A DNA stretch of 64,000 nt from an uncultured bacterium. Lineage in GTDB: Bacteria; Desulfobacterota_D; UBA1144; Nemesobacterales; UBA2774. The position numbers were made by a program, and so were the translations under genes. The stretch covers positions 1,504,001 to 1,568,000 of the forward strand of contig CAWGRW010000009.1 of the NCBI GenBank assembly GCA_963825135.1. The letters run 5' to 3'. Positions 10,622-22,176 of the stretch are shown piece after piece (the stretch's first letter is position 1; each line of letters starts with the position of its first letter). Below the pieces are notes generated by a model, which saw only the letters and a list, made by a program, of their open reading frames with translations, was not told where the DNA came from and did not search any database.

Positions 10622-12443
10622 GAGCCGCCTCCTTTTCAGGGAGTGTCTCCGCTTTCTTTTCGGCGGGTGACGCCTTGATCCATACCCTGATCGAATCAAT
10701 AATGATTATTATAGCGCAGAGCATAATCACGGCCGTGAAAATTATGTTCACGTACCCCTGGAGCGCGAAGCCTTCCTTCCCGGCAAGCGGAATGTAATTC
10801 TTCGTGATATTCAGCCACGCGGCCGTGAGCGTCGTCGCCATGACGAATGCCATCGGCACGAGGGTAACCCATGCGTATTTCGCCCTGCCGAGCTTGATGA
10901 TGAACGTCGTCCCGACGCAGAGCGCGATTCCGGCCAGCAGCTGGTTCGCCGTTCCGAACATGGGCCAGATTGTGCTGATGCTCCCGGTGAGCACGAAGTA
11001 TCCCCAGGCGCAGGATATGAGGGCGCTCGAAATCACCGCCGACGGCAGGTGGTCTATCCTCTCGAACGGTTTATAAAACCTCCCGCCGAACTCCTGTATC
11101 ATGAACCTGGCGACCCTCGTCCCCGTGTCTATGGTCGTCAGTATGAAGAGTGCTTCGAACATTATCGCGAAATGGTACCAGTAGTCCATCAGTCGGCTCA
11201 TTCCCGGGAGCGCCGTGAATATCTGGGCCATCCCCACGGCGAGGGAAACTGCTCCGCCCGTCCTTCCGTACAGGCTTTCCCCGACCTGCGCCGAGAGATG
11301 GTCGAGGTTCACGGTGCTCAGGCCGAGCGTTTCGAATATCGGCGCGGGGACGTTTATGGCGAAGTAGTCGCCGGGGAAGAGGGCGGTCGCGGCGATGAGC
11401 GCGAGGATTGCGATGAACCCCTCTATCAGCATCGCGACGAACCCTATCGTTTTGATATCCGATTCCTTCGAGACCATTTTGGGAGAAGTACCAGATGCGA
11501 CGAGCGCGTGGAACCCCGAGATCGCGCCGCAGGCGATTGTTATGAAGGTGAAAGGGAACAACGCCCCCGGTATTATGGGCCCTCCGCCATGTATATACCG
11601 GGTCAGGGCCGGCATCTTGAGCTCGGGGTCGACGATGATTATCCCGACGGCGAGAAATATTATAGTGCCGATTTTCATGAAAGAACTAAGATAATCCCTC
11701 GGACAGAGGAGGAGCCAGACGGGCATTATCGAGGCGGCAAAACCGTAAATGAGTATGAATATGGTTATCTTGGTTTTCGGAAGCATGAAATAGGGCGCGA
11801 GCGAAGAGTGCGCTATGTCCTTCCCGAAATAGACGGCGCAAATGAGCAGGATTACGCCTATGACCGTGGCTTCCACTATCCTTCCTTTCCTGAACCTGTA
11901 CATGTAGAGTCCCATAAAGAAGGCGATCGGTATGGTGCACCCTATAGTGAACACCCCCCATGAGCTTTCCGCGAGCGCGTTTACTACGGCGAGCCCGAGC
12001 CCTGCCAATGCTATGACGAGTATGAACAGGACCGCGATCGAGGCTATGATCCCCGAAAGCGGGCTGATTTCCGCCTTCGCTATCTCCGCTAGGGATTTTC
12101 CCCCGTGCCTTACCGATGCGAAGAATATGATAAAGTCATGTACCGCGCCCGCGAGCACTACGCCTATCAATATCCAGAGATAACCCGGCAGCACCCCGAA
12201 CTGGGCGGCGAGGACGGGCCCTATCAGGGGCCCCGCTCCCGTAATGGCGGCGAAGTGATGTCCGAAGAGCACCCATTTATTCGTCGGGAAGTAGTTCTGA
12301 CCGTCATACATCGTGTATGCGGGGGTTTTTCTCGAATCGTCCAGCACCGCGACCCTGGCGGCGATAAACCCGTGGTAATACCTGTAGAAAATCACCATGA
12401 CGCAAAGAGCCGCTACGACCAGAGGCATGGCGTGTATGGTCAT
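10614..12443 (-). CDS. cstA: Carbon starvation protein CstA (peptide/pyruvate transporter family)
   Basis: Motifs TPA...[42 protein letters not shown] and [13 protein letters not shown]. Confidence 0.96.
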   Translation of the reverse strand: MTIHAMPLVVAALCVMVIFYRYYHGFIAARVAVLDDSRKTPAYTMYDGQNYFPTNKWVLFGHHFAAITGAGPLIGPVLAAQFGVLPGYLWILIGVVLAGAVHDFIIFFASVRHGGKSLAEIAKAEISPLSGIIASIAVLFILVIALAGLGLAVVNALAESSWGVFTIGCTIPIAFFMGLYMYRFRKGRIVEATVIGVILLICAVYFGKDIAHSSLAPYFMLPKTKITIFILIYGFAASIMPVWLLLCPRDYLSSFMKIGTIIFLAVGIIIVDPELKMPALTRYIHGGGPIIPGALFPFTFITIACGAISGFHALVASGTSPKMVSKESDIKTIGFVAMLIEGFIAILALIAATALFPGDYFAINVPAPIFETLGLSTVNLDHLSAQVGESLYGRTGGAVSLAVGMAQIFTALPGMSRLMDYWYHFAIMFEALFILTTIDTGTRVARFMIQEFGGRFYKPFERIDHLPSAVISSALISCAWGYFVLTGSISTIWPMFGTANQLLAGIALCVGTTFIIKLGRAKYAWVTLVPMAFVMATTLTAAWLNITKNYIPLAGKEGFALQGYVNIIFTAVIMLCAIIIIIDSIRVWIKASPAEKKAETLPEKEAAHD

Positions 12444-12558
12444 CTGGGTGACCTCGTTTCAGAATCAATATCGAAGGGGGCGATCATGATCTCGTTAATC
12501 GGCCGTATTCATCATTCCCGGTTGTTTTTATCATGAAACCGGCGCTCCGCCGGATATG

Positions 12559-12587
12559 AAGATACAGCAAATGGATCATAAACTCAA
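12559..12587 (-). promoter_or_regulatory. sigma70-type promoter for cstA
   Basis: The minus strand reads TTGAGT-N17-TATCTT. Confidence 0.5.
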
Positions 12588-12644
12588 AAAACCTGCCGTT
12601 TATGGAACGACGGTATCTATTTTATGCCCCTCGCATCATTCTCC

Positions 12645-12672
12645 TTGACTTTATTGTGTATTCTGATATGTT
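12645..12672 (+). promoter_or_regulatory. sigma70-type promoter for hppA
   Basis: TTGACT-N16-TATGTT with TG at the extended -10 position. Confidence 0.5.
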
Positions 12673-12684
12673 TTCCGCATCTTT

Positions 12685-12834
12685 GGGAGGAATGAGGTTA
12701 TAAATTGCTTCGATCGAGGTACGGAAACGTTAGTAAGAGTACCTGCCGGGAATGTGTGTTCCGCTCATTTTTATTTTTAAATTCAGGCAGTTCCAGCATA
12801 GCTAGAAAATCCCCCGGTTTACACCTCGCCCCCC
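12685..12834 (+). ncRNA. Candidate structured 5' leader or small RNA upstream of hppA (family unassigned)
   Basis: Hand-detected pairings: GAGGTTATAAATTG/CGGTTTACACCTC, AGGTAC/GTACCT, ACG-GAAA-CGT, CTGCC/GGCAG and AATGAG/CTCATT followed by a T-run. Confidence 0.3.
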
Positions 12835-12892
12835 GCACGACAATAATCTGAAAATTGCAGAATGTTATCAATAAAACAAAGGAGAATTTGAT

Positions 12893-15016
12893 ATGGAGAT
12901 AAGCAGCCACACATTAATTTTGCTTGTTTTAGGCATAAGCGTGCTTTCTCTGGCTTTCGCGGGATATCTTGCGAAGTTCGTGCTCAGTTCCGATGTGGGC
13001 ACGACCGCGATGCAGGAGATAAGTAACGCGATTAAGGAAGGAGCGGAGGCGTTTCTCAAGAGACAGTACTCGACTATTATCATGATGAGTCTCGCTCTCG
13101 CTGCACTTATGTTCCTGGTTTACTGGTTCCTCGCCGGCGATAAGGATACCGCCTGGCGTACTACAGTCGCATTTCTTTTCGGAGCGGGCTGCTCGGCTCT
13201 TGCTGGATATATAGGGATGTGGATATCGATAAGGACGAACATCCGTACCGCGAGCGCCGTCAGGTCGAGTCTCGACAGGGCGCTCAGGATTTCGTTCAGG
13301 GGCGGGGCGGTATCGGGTATCACGATCGTCGCCATGAGTCTTCTAGGCGTTGGCATTCTCTTCGTGCTCTACGGCGGATATAGTGATAATGCGGAAGTGC
13401 TGAAGAGGGTCCCGTATCTTATAGTCGGGTACGGATTCGGAGCGAGCTTCGTCGCGCTTTTCGCTCAGCTGGGAGGCGGTATTTACACTAAAGCGGCTGA
13501 CGTCGGAGCCGACCTCGTCGGCAAGGTCGAAGCCGGGATACCCGAAGACGACCCAAGGAACCCCGCCGTTATAGCCGACCTCGTCGGTGATAACGTCGGC
13601 GACTGCGCCGGCCGTGGAGCCGACCTCTTTGAGTCGACCGCCGCAGAAAACATAGGCGCCATGATTTTGGGTGTTGCCCTCTTCCCTCACTTCGGGATCA
13701 AGGGGATACTCTTCCCGCTCGTCGCCCGTGCCTTCGGTCTCATAGCGAGCATGATTGGAATAACGTTGGTTAAGTTAAAAAATGAAAATGAAGACCCCAT
13801 GGAGTCGCTCAACCGCGGCTACTACATCACCTGCATCCTTGCGGCCGCAGGGTTTTTCGTTGCGACGTATCTCCTGCTTAACAACAACCTCTGGTTGTTC
13901 CTCTCAGGCGTGATCGGTATCGCGACGAGCATCGCGTTCGTTTACATCACACAATACTATACGGAATACAGATACCGTCCGGTGCAGTTCATAGCCGAAG
14001 CGTCTCAAACGGGTCCCGCTACCAACATCATAGCCGGTCTCGCGGTAGGCCTCGAGTGTACCGCCCTCCCCGTGCTTGCTATTTCCGCGGCTCTTATAAG
14101 CTCATATTACTGCGGAATGCACGGACTTAAGGAGTTTGCCGATATTTCACGGAACGCCGCGGGTCTATACGGCACTGCAATCGCCTGTATGGGAATGCTG
14201 GGTACGGCGGCATACATCCTTGCCATGGATACCTTCGGGCCTATTACGGACAACGCCGGCGGTATAGTTGAAATGAGCAAGCAGCCTGAAGAAATTAGAA
14301 ACAAGACGGACAGGCTCGATGCGGTCGGAAACACGACCAAGGCCCTCACCAAGGGATACGCTATAGGCTCTGCTGCTCTCGCGGCGTTCCTTCTCTTCTC
14401 GGCTTACATGGACGAAGTCTCACACCTCACCGGAAAGCTTTTCGATACCGTTGACATTGCCCAGGTCCAGGTCTTCGTGGGCGGACTCTTGGGAGCGATG
14501 TTGGTCTTCCTCTTCAGCTCGCTCGCGATAAGGGCTGTAGCCAGAGCGGCGTACTATGTAATCAGCGACGTACGCGCTCAGTTCAAGGAAAACCCGGGTA
14601 TCCTCCAGGGCACTTCCAAGCCTGACTACGCCAGGTGCGTCGATATCGTCACGAAGGGCGCTCTCAAGGAAATGATCCCTCCCGGGCTTCTCGCCGTCTG
14701 CATGCCTATAGCGGTAGGACTCGTATTCAAGCAGTTCGGTCTCGGTGCAGAGGCTGTGGCCGCGTTCCTGATGGTGGGAACGATAGCAGGCATCCTGCTC
14801 GCGACGTTTATGAATAACGGCGGCGGCGCCTGGGACAACGCGAAGAAATTCGTGGAGATGGGGAACTACGGCGGTAAGAAGTCAGAGACGCATAAAGCTA
14901 CAATAGTAGGCGACACGGTCGGCGACCCGTTCAAGGACACGGCAGGCCCGTCTATACACGTGCTGATCAAGCTTCTCTCGACGATTACGCTCGTGCTCGC
15001 GCCGTTGTTTATCTAA
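12893..15016 (+). CDS. hppA: Membrane-bound pyrophosphatase, K+-independent H+-PPase type
   Basis: Motifs GGGIYTKAADVGADLVGKVE, EDDPRNP, DNAGG and GNTTKA (Lys at the K+-determinant position), plus DTVGDPFKDT. Confidence 0.96.
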   Translation: MEISSHTLILLVLGISVLSLAFAGYLAKFVLSSDVGTTAMQEISNAIKEGAEAFLKRQYSTIIMMSLALAALMFLVYWFLAGDKDTAWRTTVAFLFGAGCSALAGYIGMWISIRTNIRTASAVRSSLDRALRISFRGGAVSGITIVAMSLLGVGILFVLYGGYSDNAEVLKRVPYLIVGYGFGASFVALFAQLGGGIYTKAADVGADLVGKVEAGIPEDDPRNPAVIADLVGDNVGDCAGRGADLFESTAAENIGAMILGVALFPHFGIKGILFPLVARAFGLIASMIGITLVKLKNENEDPMESLNRGYYITCILAAAGFFVATYLLLNNNLWLFLSGVIGIATSIAFVYITQYYTEYRYRPVQFIAEASQTGPATNIIAGLAVGLECTALPVLAISAALISSYYCGMHGLKEFADISRNAAGLYGTAIACMGMLGTAAYILAMDTFGPITDNAGGIVEMSKQPEEIRNKTDRLDAVGNTTKALTKGYAIGSAALAAFLLFSAYMDEVSHLTGKLFDTVDIAQVQVFVGGLLGAMLVFLFSSLAIRAVARAAYYVISDVRAQFKENPGILQGTSKPDYARCVDIVTKGALKEMIPPGLLAVCMPIAVGLVFKQFGLGAEAVAAFLMVGTIAGILLATFMNNGGGAWDNAKKFVEMGNYGGKKSETHKATIVGDTVGDPFKDTAGPSIHVLIKLLSTITLVLAPLFI

Positions 15017-15049
15017 TTTTTAGAGAGTAATATTCAGGAGGCCCTGTTG

Positions 15050-16489
15050 ATGTTGAAACAACTCCTGAAACGAAAAAATATAAGCCGGATAATGGTTGAA
15101 GCGGACGAGCGGCACGGTCTAAAACGTGTGCTCGGTCCGCTTGATCTGGTTAGCCTCGGCGTCGGGATCATAATCGGCGCCGGTATTTTCGTCGTTACGG
15201 GCCAGGCGGCTGCCCAGTACGCGGGACCCGCAATATCGCTCTCCTTCGTTCTATCCGGTTTCGGCTGCGTTTTGGCGGGTTTGTGTTATGCCGAAATGGC
15301 CTCGATGATCCATGTCTCCGGGAGCGCATATACCTATGCGTATGCCACGCTCGGGCAATTTATCGCGTGGGTGATCGGGTGGGACCTCATTCTCGAGTAC
15401 CTCTTCGCAAGCTCGACTGTCTCGGTAGGCTGGTCGGGCTACGTCGTGAGTTTCCTCAAGGACTTCGGCTACATAGTTCCCGACATCATATCGAAGGCAC
15501 CTTTATCCTACGACCCTCATGCCGGATGGGCTTTCACGGGCGCGGTTATCAATCTCCCCGCCATACTTATCGTTCTCGCCGCGATGACGCTCCTGACCCT
15601 AGGTATCAGGGAATCGGCGGCGGCGAACAGCATTATCGTGATTATGAAGCTCGCGGTTCTGCTGGTCTTCATCGGGGTCGGCTTTTTCTATATAAACAAG
15701 GAGAACTGGCACCCGTTCATACCCCCTAATACAGGATCGTTCGGTCATTTCGGATGGAGCGGAGTGCTCCGGGGCGCGGGCGTGATATTCTTCGCTTATA
15801 TAGGCTTCGACGCCGTTTCTACCGCAGCGCAGGAAACACGAAACCCGCAGCGTAACGTGCCTATAGGCATACTCGGCTCTTTGCTCGTCGCGACTGTTTT
15901 ATATATCGTAGTAGCGCTTGTTCTAACGGGCGTCGTGAAATATTCGATATTGAACGTGCCCGATCCGATCGCGGTGGCCGTCGATTTTATGGGGGAGAAG
16001 CTCTACTGGCTCCGCCCGTTGATAAAGATAGGGGCGATTGCCGGCCTCACGTCCGTTATCCTCGTGCTCCTGTTCGGGCAGACCAGGATATTCTATTCGA
16101 TGGCGCGCGACAAAATGCTGCCCGGACGGTTCGCGGCCTTGCATCCCGTATACAGGACCCCGATATTTACTACGATTCTGACTGGGGTCTCCGCTTCTTT
16201 TATCGCGGGAATATTCCCTATAGGAATACTGGGAGAGCTGGTATCGATAGGGACCCTGTTCGCTTTCGTGATAGTCTGCGCCGGGGTGCTTGTGCTCCGA
16301 TATACCGACCCCGGGCTTCCGAGGCCCTTTAAGGTCCCGTTTTTTCCCCTTGTCCCGATACTGGGCGCGTGCGTGAGCTTCCTTCAGATGGCGGCGCTTC
16401 CTATGAGTACGTGGTTAAGGCTGATTATCTGGATGCTGATCGGGTTCGCGATATATTTCCTGTACTCCCGGAAACATGCCGTGATCTGA
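15050..16489 (+). CDS. APC-family amino acid permease
   Basis: Motifs IIGAGIF, AGPA, CYAEMAS, GSAYTY, FFAYIGFD and LVSIGTL. AGGAGG RBS upstream. Confidence 0.93.
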   Translation: MLKQLLKRKNISRIMVEADERHGLKRVLGPLDLVSLGVGIIIGAGIFVVTGQAAAQYAGPAISLSFVLSGFGCVLAGLCYAEMASMIHVSGSAYTYAYATLGQFIAWVIGWDLILEYLFASSTVSVGWSGYVVSFLKDFGYIVPDIISKAPLSYDPHAGWAFTGAVINLPAILIVLAAMTLLTLGIRESAAANSIIVIMKLAVLLVFIGVGFFYINKENWHPFIPPNTGSFGHFGWSGVLRGAGVIFFAYIGFDAVSTAAQETRNPQRNVPIGILGSLLVATVLYIVVALVLTGVVKYSILNVPDPIAVAVDFMGEKLYWLRPLIKIGAIAGLTSVILVLLFGQTRIFYSMARDKMLPGRFAALHPVYRTPIFTTILTGVSASFIAGIFPIGILGELVSIGTLFAFVIVCAGVLVLRYTDPGLPRPFKVPFFPLVPILGACVSFLQMAALPMSTWLRLIIWMLIGFAIYFLYSRKHAVI

Positions 16490-16596
16490 TCAGGATCAGC
16501 ATGTAAGGGGGCGCCGCACTCTGGCGAACAAACCGAACTCAAGTTTGCGAATAATAAGTTGGATAAGCGCATTTTTGTAGGTAAATCTATTTAATC

Positions 16597-17103
16597 ATGG
16601 ATTACGTCGTCCTCGCCTTCTACCTGCTAATATCCCTCGCGGGTCTCGTTACCCTCATATTCGGCCTCCCGGGTACTTTCATCATACTCGGAGCCTCTGT
16701 CCTCTACGGCTGGTACGGCGGTTTTCAGGAGATTACCGTCAAAATAATCGTTATTCTGGTAGTTCTCGCGCTCGCCGGGGAGCTTATAGAGCTCCTTCTC
16801 GGCATATTGGGGGCTAAAAAATACGAATCGAGCAACAGGGCCATTGTGGGCTCTATAATCTTCGGCATCATCGGCGCCGTCCTGGGCGCGCCATTTTTTT
16901 TCGGCATTGGGGCTGTCCTGGGCGCGTTTGCGGGGGCTTTCGCCGGGGCGATATTGATCGAGCTCTCGCAGGGAAAAAAGATGGACGAAGCCATCAAATC
17001 TGGCTGGGGGGCGTTCCTGGGCAGGGTCGCCGGGACCATTTCAAAGGGCGCCCTGGGAATAGCGATGATAGCAATAACCGTGACGGCCGTGCTCAAAAAT
17101 TAA
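16597..17103 (+). CDS. DUF456 (YqgC-like) membrane protein
   Basis: LPGT motif, GAKKY..S motif and Gly-rich TM helices (GAFAGA...E). Confidence 0.85.
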   Translation: MDYVVLAFYLLISLAGLVTLIFGLPGTFIILGASVLYGWYGGFQEITVKIIVILVVLALAGELIELLLGILGAKKYESSNRAIVGSIIFGIIGAVLGAPFFFGIGAVLGAFAGAFAGAILIELSQGKKMDEAIKSGWGAFLGRVAGTISKGALGIAMIAITVTAVLKN

Positions 17104-17195
17104 TACACGACTATCATTCGTCGGTCGGTATAGATGTAAATTCTCGTTATGGTAGATTATTCTCCGGATTTCGATGATTTTGGCGGAGCGAATTG

Positions 17196-18215
17196 ATGAT
17201 AGATATGCTCGAAGAGGTTAAAAAACAGGCGGAAGCCGAGCTCAGTTCGGTAAGCGACGAGATATCTCTGCAGAACCTCAAGGCCAAATTCGTCGGCAGG
17301 AAGGGGGTTATCACAGAGATATTAAAGGGCATGAAGGATATACCCGACTCCGACCGACCGCGCATGGGGAAGCTCATAAACGAGACCAAGACCTTCGTCG
17401 AGGACCTCATCGACGGCAGGCTTAACGAGATCAGGGACGAGAAGAAGAGACGCTCCCTCTTTGAGGAGAAAATAGACGTCACGCTTCCGGGTAGGGGAAT
17501 GCCGATAGGGGCGAGACACCCCATAACTCAGGTCATGGAGGAGATAATAGCGATCTTCGAGAGAATGGGGTTCGAGGTCGCCGAAGGCCCCGAGGTCGAG
17601 ACCGACTACTATAACTTCGAGGCGCTCAATATTCCCAAGAACCACCCGGCGCGGGACATGCAGGACACATTCTATATTTCCGACGATATAGTCCTCAGGA
17701 CACACACCTCCCCCGTTCAGATACGAGTCATGGAAAAGCGGAAGCCTCCGGTGAAAATTATCGCCCCCGGGAAGGTGTACAGGTGCGATAGCGATATATC
17801 GCACACGCCTATGTTCCACCAGATAGAGGGGCTCCTCGTCGACGAGGGGGTAACTTTCGGGGACCTGAAGGGGGTGCTGACCGAGTTCGTGAGGCTCGTC
17901 TTCGGAGAGGGCGTGGGGGTCAGGTTCAGGCCGAGCTTCTTCCCGTTCACGGAGCCGAGCGCGGAAGTCGACATAGCGTGCCTCATATGCGGGGGGAAGG
18001 GGTGCAGGGTGTGCAAGAACACCGGCTGGCTCGAGATTCTGGGCTCCGGCATGGTCGACCCGGAGGTCTTCAAGAGCGTGGGTTACGACCCCGATAAATA
18101 CTCGGGCTTCGCTTTCGGCATGGGGATCGAAAGGATAACCATGCTCAAATTCGGCATCAACGACATAAGGCTCTTCTTCGAGAACGACCTCCGTTTCCTA
18201 AGGCAGTTCACCTGA
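17196..18215 (+). CDS. pheS: Phenylalanine-tRNA ligase alpha subunit
   Basis: Motifs HPARDMQDTF, LRTHTSPVQ, FHQIEG, FPFTEPS and FAFGMGIER. Confidence 0.98.
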   Translation: MIDMLEEVKKQAEAELSSVSDEISLQNLKAKFVGRKGVITEILKGMKDIPDSDRPRMGKLINETKTFVEDLIDGRLNEIRDEKKRRSLFEEKIDVTLPGRGMPIGARHPITQVMEEIIAIFERMGFEVAEGPEVETDYYNFEALNIPKNHPARDMQDTFYISDDIVLRTHTSPVQIRVMEKRKPPVKIIAPGKVYRCDSDISHTPMFHQIEGLLVDEGVTFGDLKGVLTEFVRLVFGEGVGVRFRPSFFPFTEPSAEVDIACLICGGKGCRVCKNTGWLEILGSGMVDPEVFKSVGYDPDKYSGFAFGMGIERITMLKFGINDIRLFFENDLRFLRQFT

Positions 18216-18239
18216 TCGGACTCTTAGCACCTAATATTT

Positions 18240-18361
18240 GTCACTGCGAGCGTAGCGCGGCAATCTCATCACTTTCTCGTTTCATTTTTGTCATCCTGAA
18301 CTCGTTTCAGGATCTGATCTTTTAAGTTTTGTCATTCCCGAATGTCTTTATCGGGAATCCA
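18240..18361. repeat. Three tandem GTCAY-headed REP-like palindromic elements
   Basis: GTCACTGCGAGCGTAGCGCGGCAATCT at 18240, GTCATCCTGAACTCGTTTCAGGATCT at 18290 and GTCATTCCCGAATGTCTTTATCGGGAATCCA at 18331. Each is preceded by a T-tract. Confidence 0.8.
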
Positions 18362-18431
18362 TTCTTATCCTTTAACGCCACCTCTTATATGTGGATGCGT
18401 GGGAGTGGGGGGTACGTTAAATTCCCCCCAA

Positions 18432-18460
18432 TTGAGTTAAATCCCCGTCTGTGGTACTAT
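18432..18460 (+). promoter_or_regulatory. sigma70-type promoter for dcd
   Basis: TTGAGT-N17-TACTAT with extended -10 TG. Confidence 0.55.
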
Positions 18461-18505
18461 GCTTTTCCCTAAGCGGTAAAACCCAAATCACCAGGAGTAA
18501 GAACA

Positions 18506-19060
18506 ATGGGAGTCAAGCCCGACCACTGGATCAGAAAGATGGCCAAAGAGCATAAAATGATAGACCCTTTCGTCGACGGGCAGGTGAGGGAGGGCGCTAT
18601 ATCGTACGGCCTCTCCGCATACGGCTACGACATCAGGGTGAGCGACGAATTCAAGGTATTCACTAACGTGTACAACACCGTAGTCGACCCCAAGGGTTTC
18701 GATGAACGATCGTTCGTCGAGATTAAATCGGACGTCTGCATGATCCCGCCCAATTCATTCGCGCTCGCGCGGACGGTCGAGTACTTCAGGATACCCAGGA
18801 GTACCATCACGCTCTGCGTCGGGAAGTCCACATACGCCAGGTGCGGGATTATAGTGAACGTCACCCCGTTCGAGCCCGAATGGGAGGGGTTCGTCACGCT
18901 CGAGATCTCGAACACCACGCCTCTTCCGGCGAAAATATACGCCAACGAGGGCATAGCCCAGGTGCTTTTTTTCGAGGCCGACGAGATGTGCGAGGTCTCT
19001 TACGCGGACAAGAAGGGGAAATACCAGAAGCAGATGGGGATAACTCCGCCCAGGGTGTGA
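18506..19060 (+). CDS. dcd: dCTP deaminase
   Basis: Motifs [29 protein letters not shown] and [10 protein letters not shown]. Confidence 0.96.
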   Translation: MGVKPDHWIRKMAKEHKMIDPFVDGQVREGAISYGLSAYGYDIRVSDEFKVFTNVYNTVVDPKGFDERSFVEIKSDVCMIPPNSFALARTVEYFRIPRSTITLCVGKSTYARCGIIVNVTPFEPEWEGFVTLEISNTTPLPAKIYANEGIAQVLFFEADEMCEVSYADKKGKYQKQMGITPPRV

Positions 19061-19239
19061 TTCGGGCATCCGGAATACCCTGTCCTGACTGGAAAATTAG
19101 CATTCCCGGCTTCCTGCGCCCCGCTTCAGGAATTACTTCGATAAATGTATTAAAACCCCTTGATTTTACTTCCATTTTTTGCCCGTCATGGTATAATATT
19201 ATCTCAGAAATTTCCCCCCTGCAGGATTTTCGGAGGTAG

Positions 19240-21714
<2,475 letters not shown>

Positions 21715-21744
21715 TCGAAATATCCCCGGGCCGGGACAAACGAA

Positions 21745-22110
21745 ATGTCCGAGTCAGTAAAAAATATAAATAAAATCCCCGTAGAAAAGGTAAGCGCCGG
21801 GAGCTCCGCGTACCGCCAGGTGCTGATCGGCCCCGACGAAGGGCCCAACTTCGCGATGAGACGCTTTATCATGGAGCCGGGCGGCGGCATACCCGCCCAC
21901 ACGAACACCGTCGAGCACGAGCAGTACGTGCTGCGCGGCCGCGCGCGGATCGGCATTGGCGATAATGTATATGAGGTGAAAGCGGACGACATTCTCTACA
22001 TCCCCGCCGGGGTGCCCCACTGGTACGAGGTCCTGGGCGGTGAGAATTTCGAATTCCTCTGCATGGTCCCCAATCGGGACGATCAGATAAAATTAGTCGG
22101 AAGCGACTAA
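21745..22110 (+). CDS. Cupin-2 domain protein
   Basis: Motifs PNFAMRRF, PGG.IPAH.N..EHEQYV and IPAGVPHWY. Confidence 0.88.
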   Translation: MSESVKNINKIPVEKVSAGSSAYRQVLIGPDEGPNFAMRRFIMEPGGGIPAHTNTVEHEQYVLRGRARIGIGDNVYEVKADDILYIPAGVPHWYEVLGGENFEFLCMVPNRDDQIKLVGSD

Positions 22111-22176
22111 TTTCCTAATTGTTTCCGCAATAATTCATTTACAGTCAAAAGAAATAAGTGCGAACCGGCGGCGTAT

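Noticed and set aside
11049..11963. Long antisense ORFs (e.g. 304 aa here, 23994-24794, 27956-28762, 36734-37633, 42991-43740)
   Set aside because: They lie opposite well-identified genes and have no recognisable motifs. Such shadow ORFs are expected from GC-rich codon bias.
12439..12466. GTCATCTGGGTGACCTCGTTTCAGAATC resembling the REP-like element at 18290
   Set aside because: The palindrome is broken and the segment doubles as the cstA RBS and start. The similarity may be chance.
12685..12703. Mini-ORF ATG AGG TTA TAA after GGGAGGA in the hppA leader
   Set aside because: The SD-to-ATG spacing is too short for initiation and there is no supporting evidence.
12685..12834. 6S RNA or c-di-AMP riboswitch identity for the hppA leader
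   Set aside because: A rod-like fold and AGGTACGGA were noted, but the other conserved sequence elements of these families were not found. It is left unassigned.
17975..18020. CxxC-GxG-CxxC in PheS
   Set aside because: This is a common Zn-ribbon insertion in many bacterial PheS proteins.
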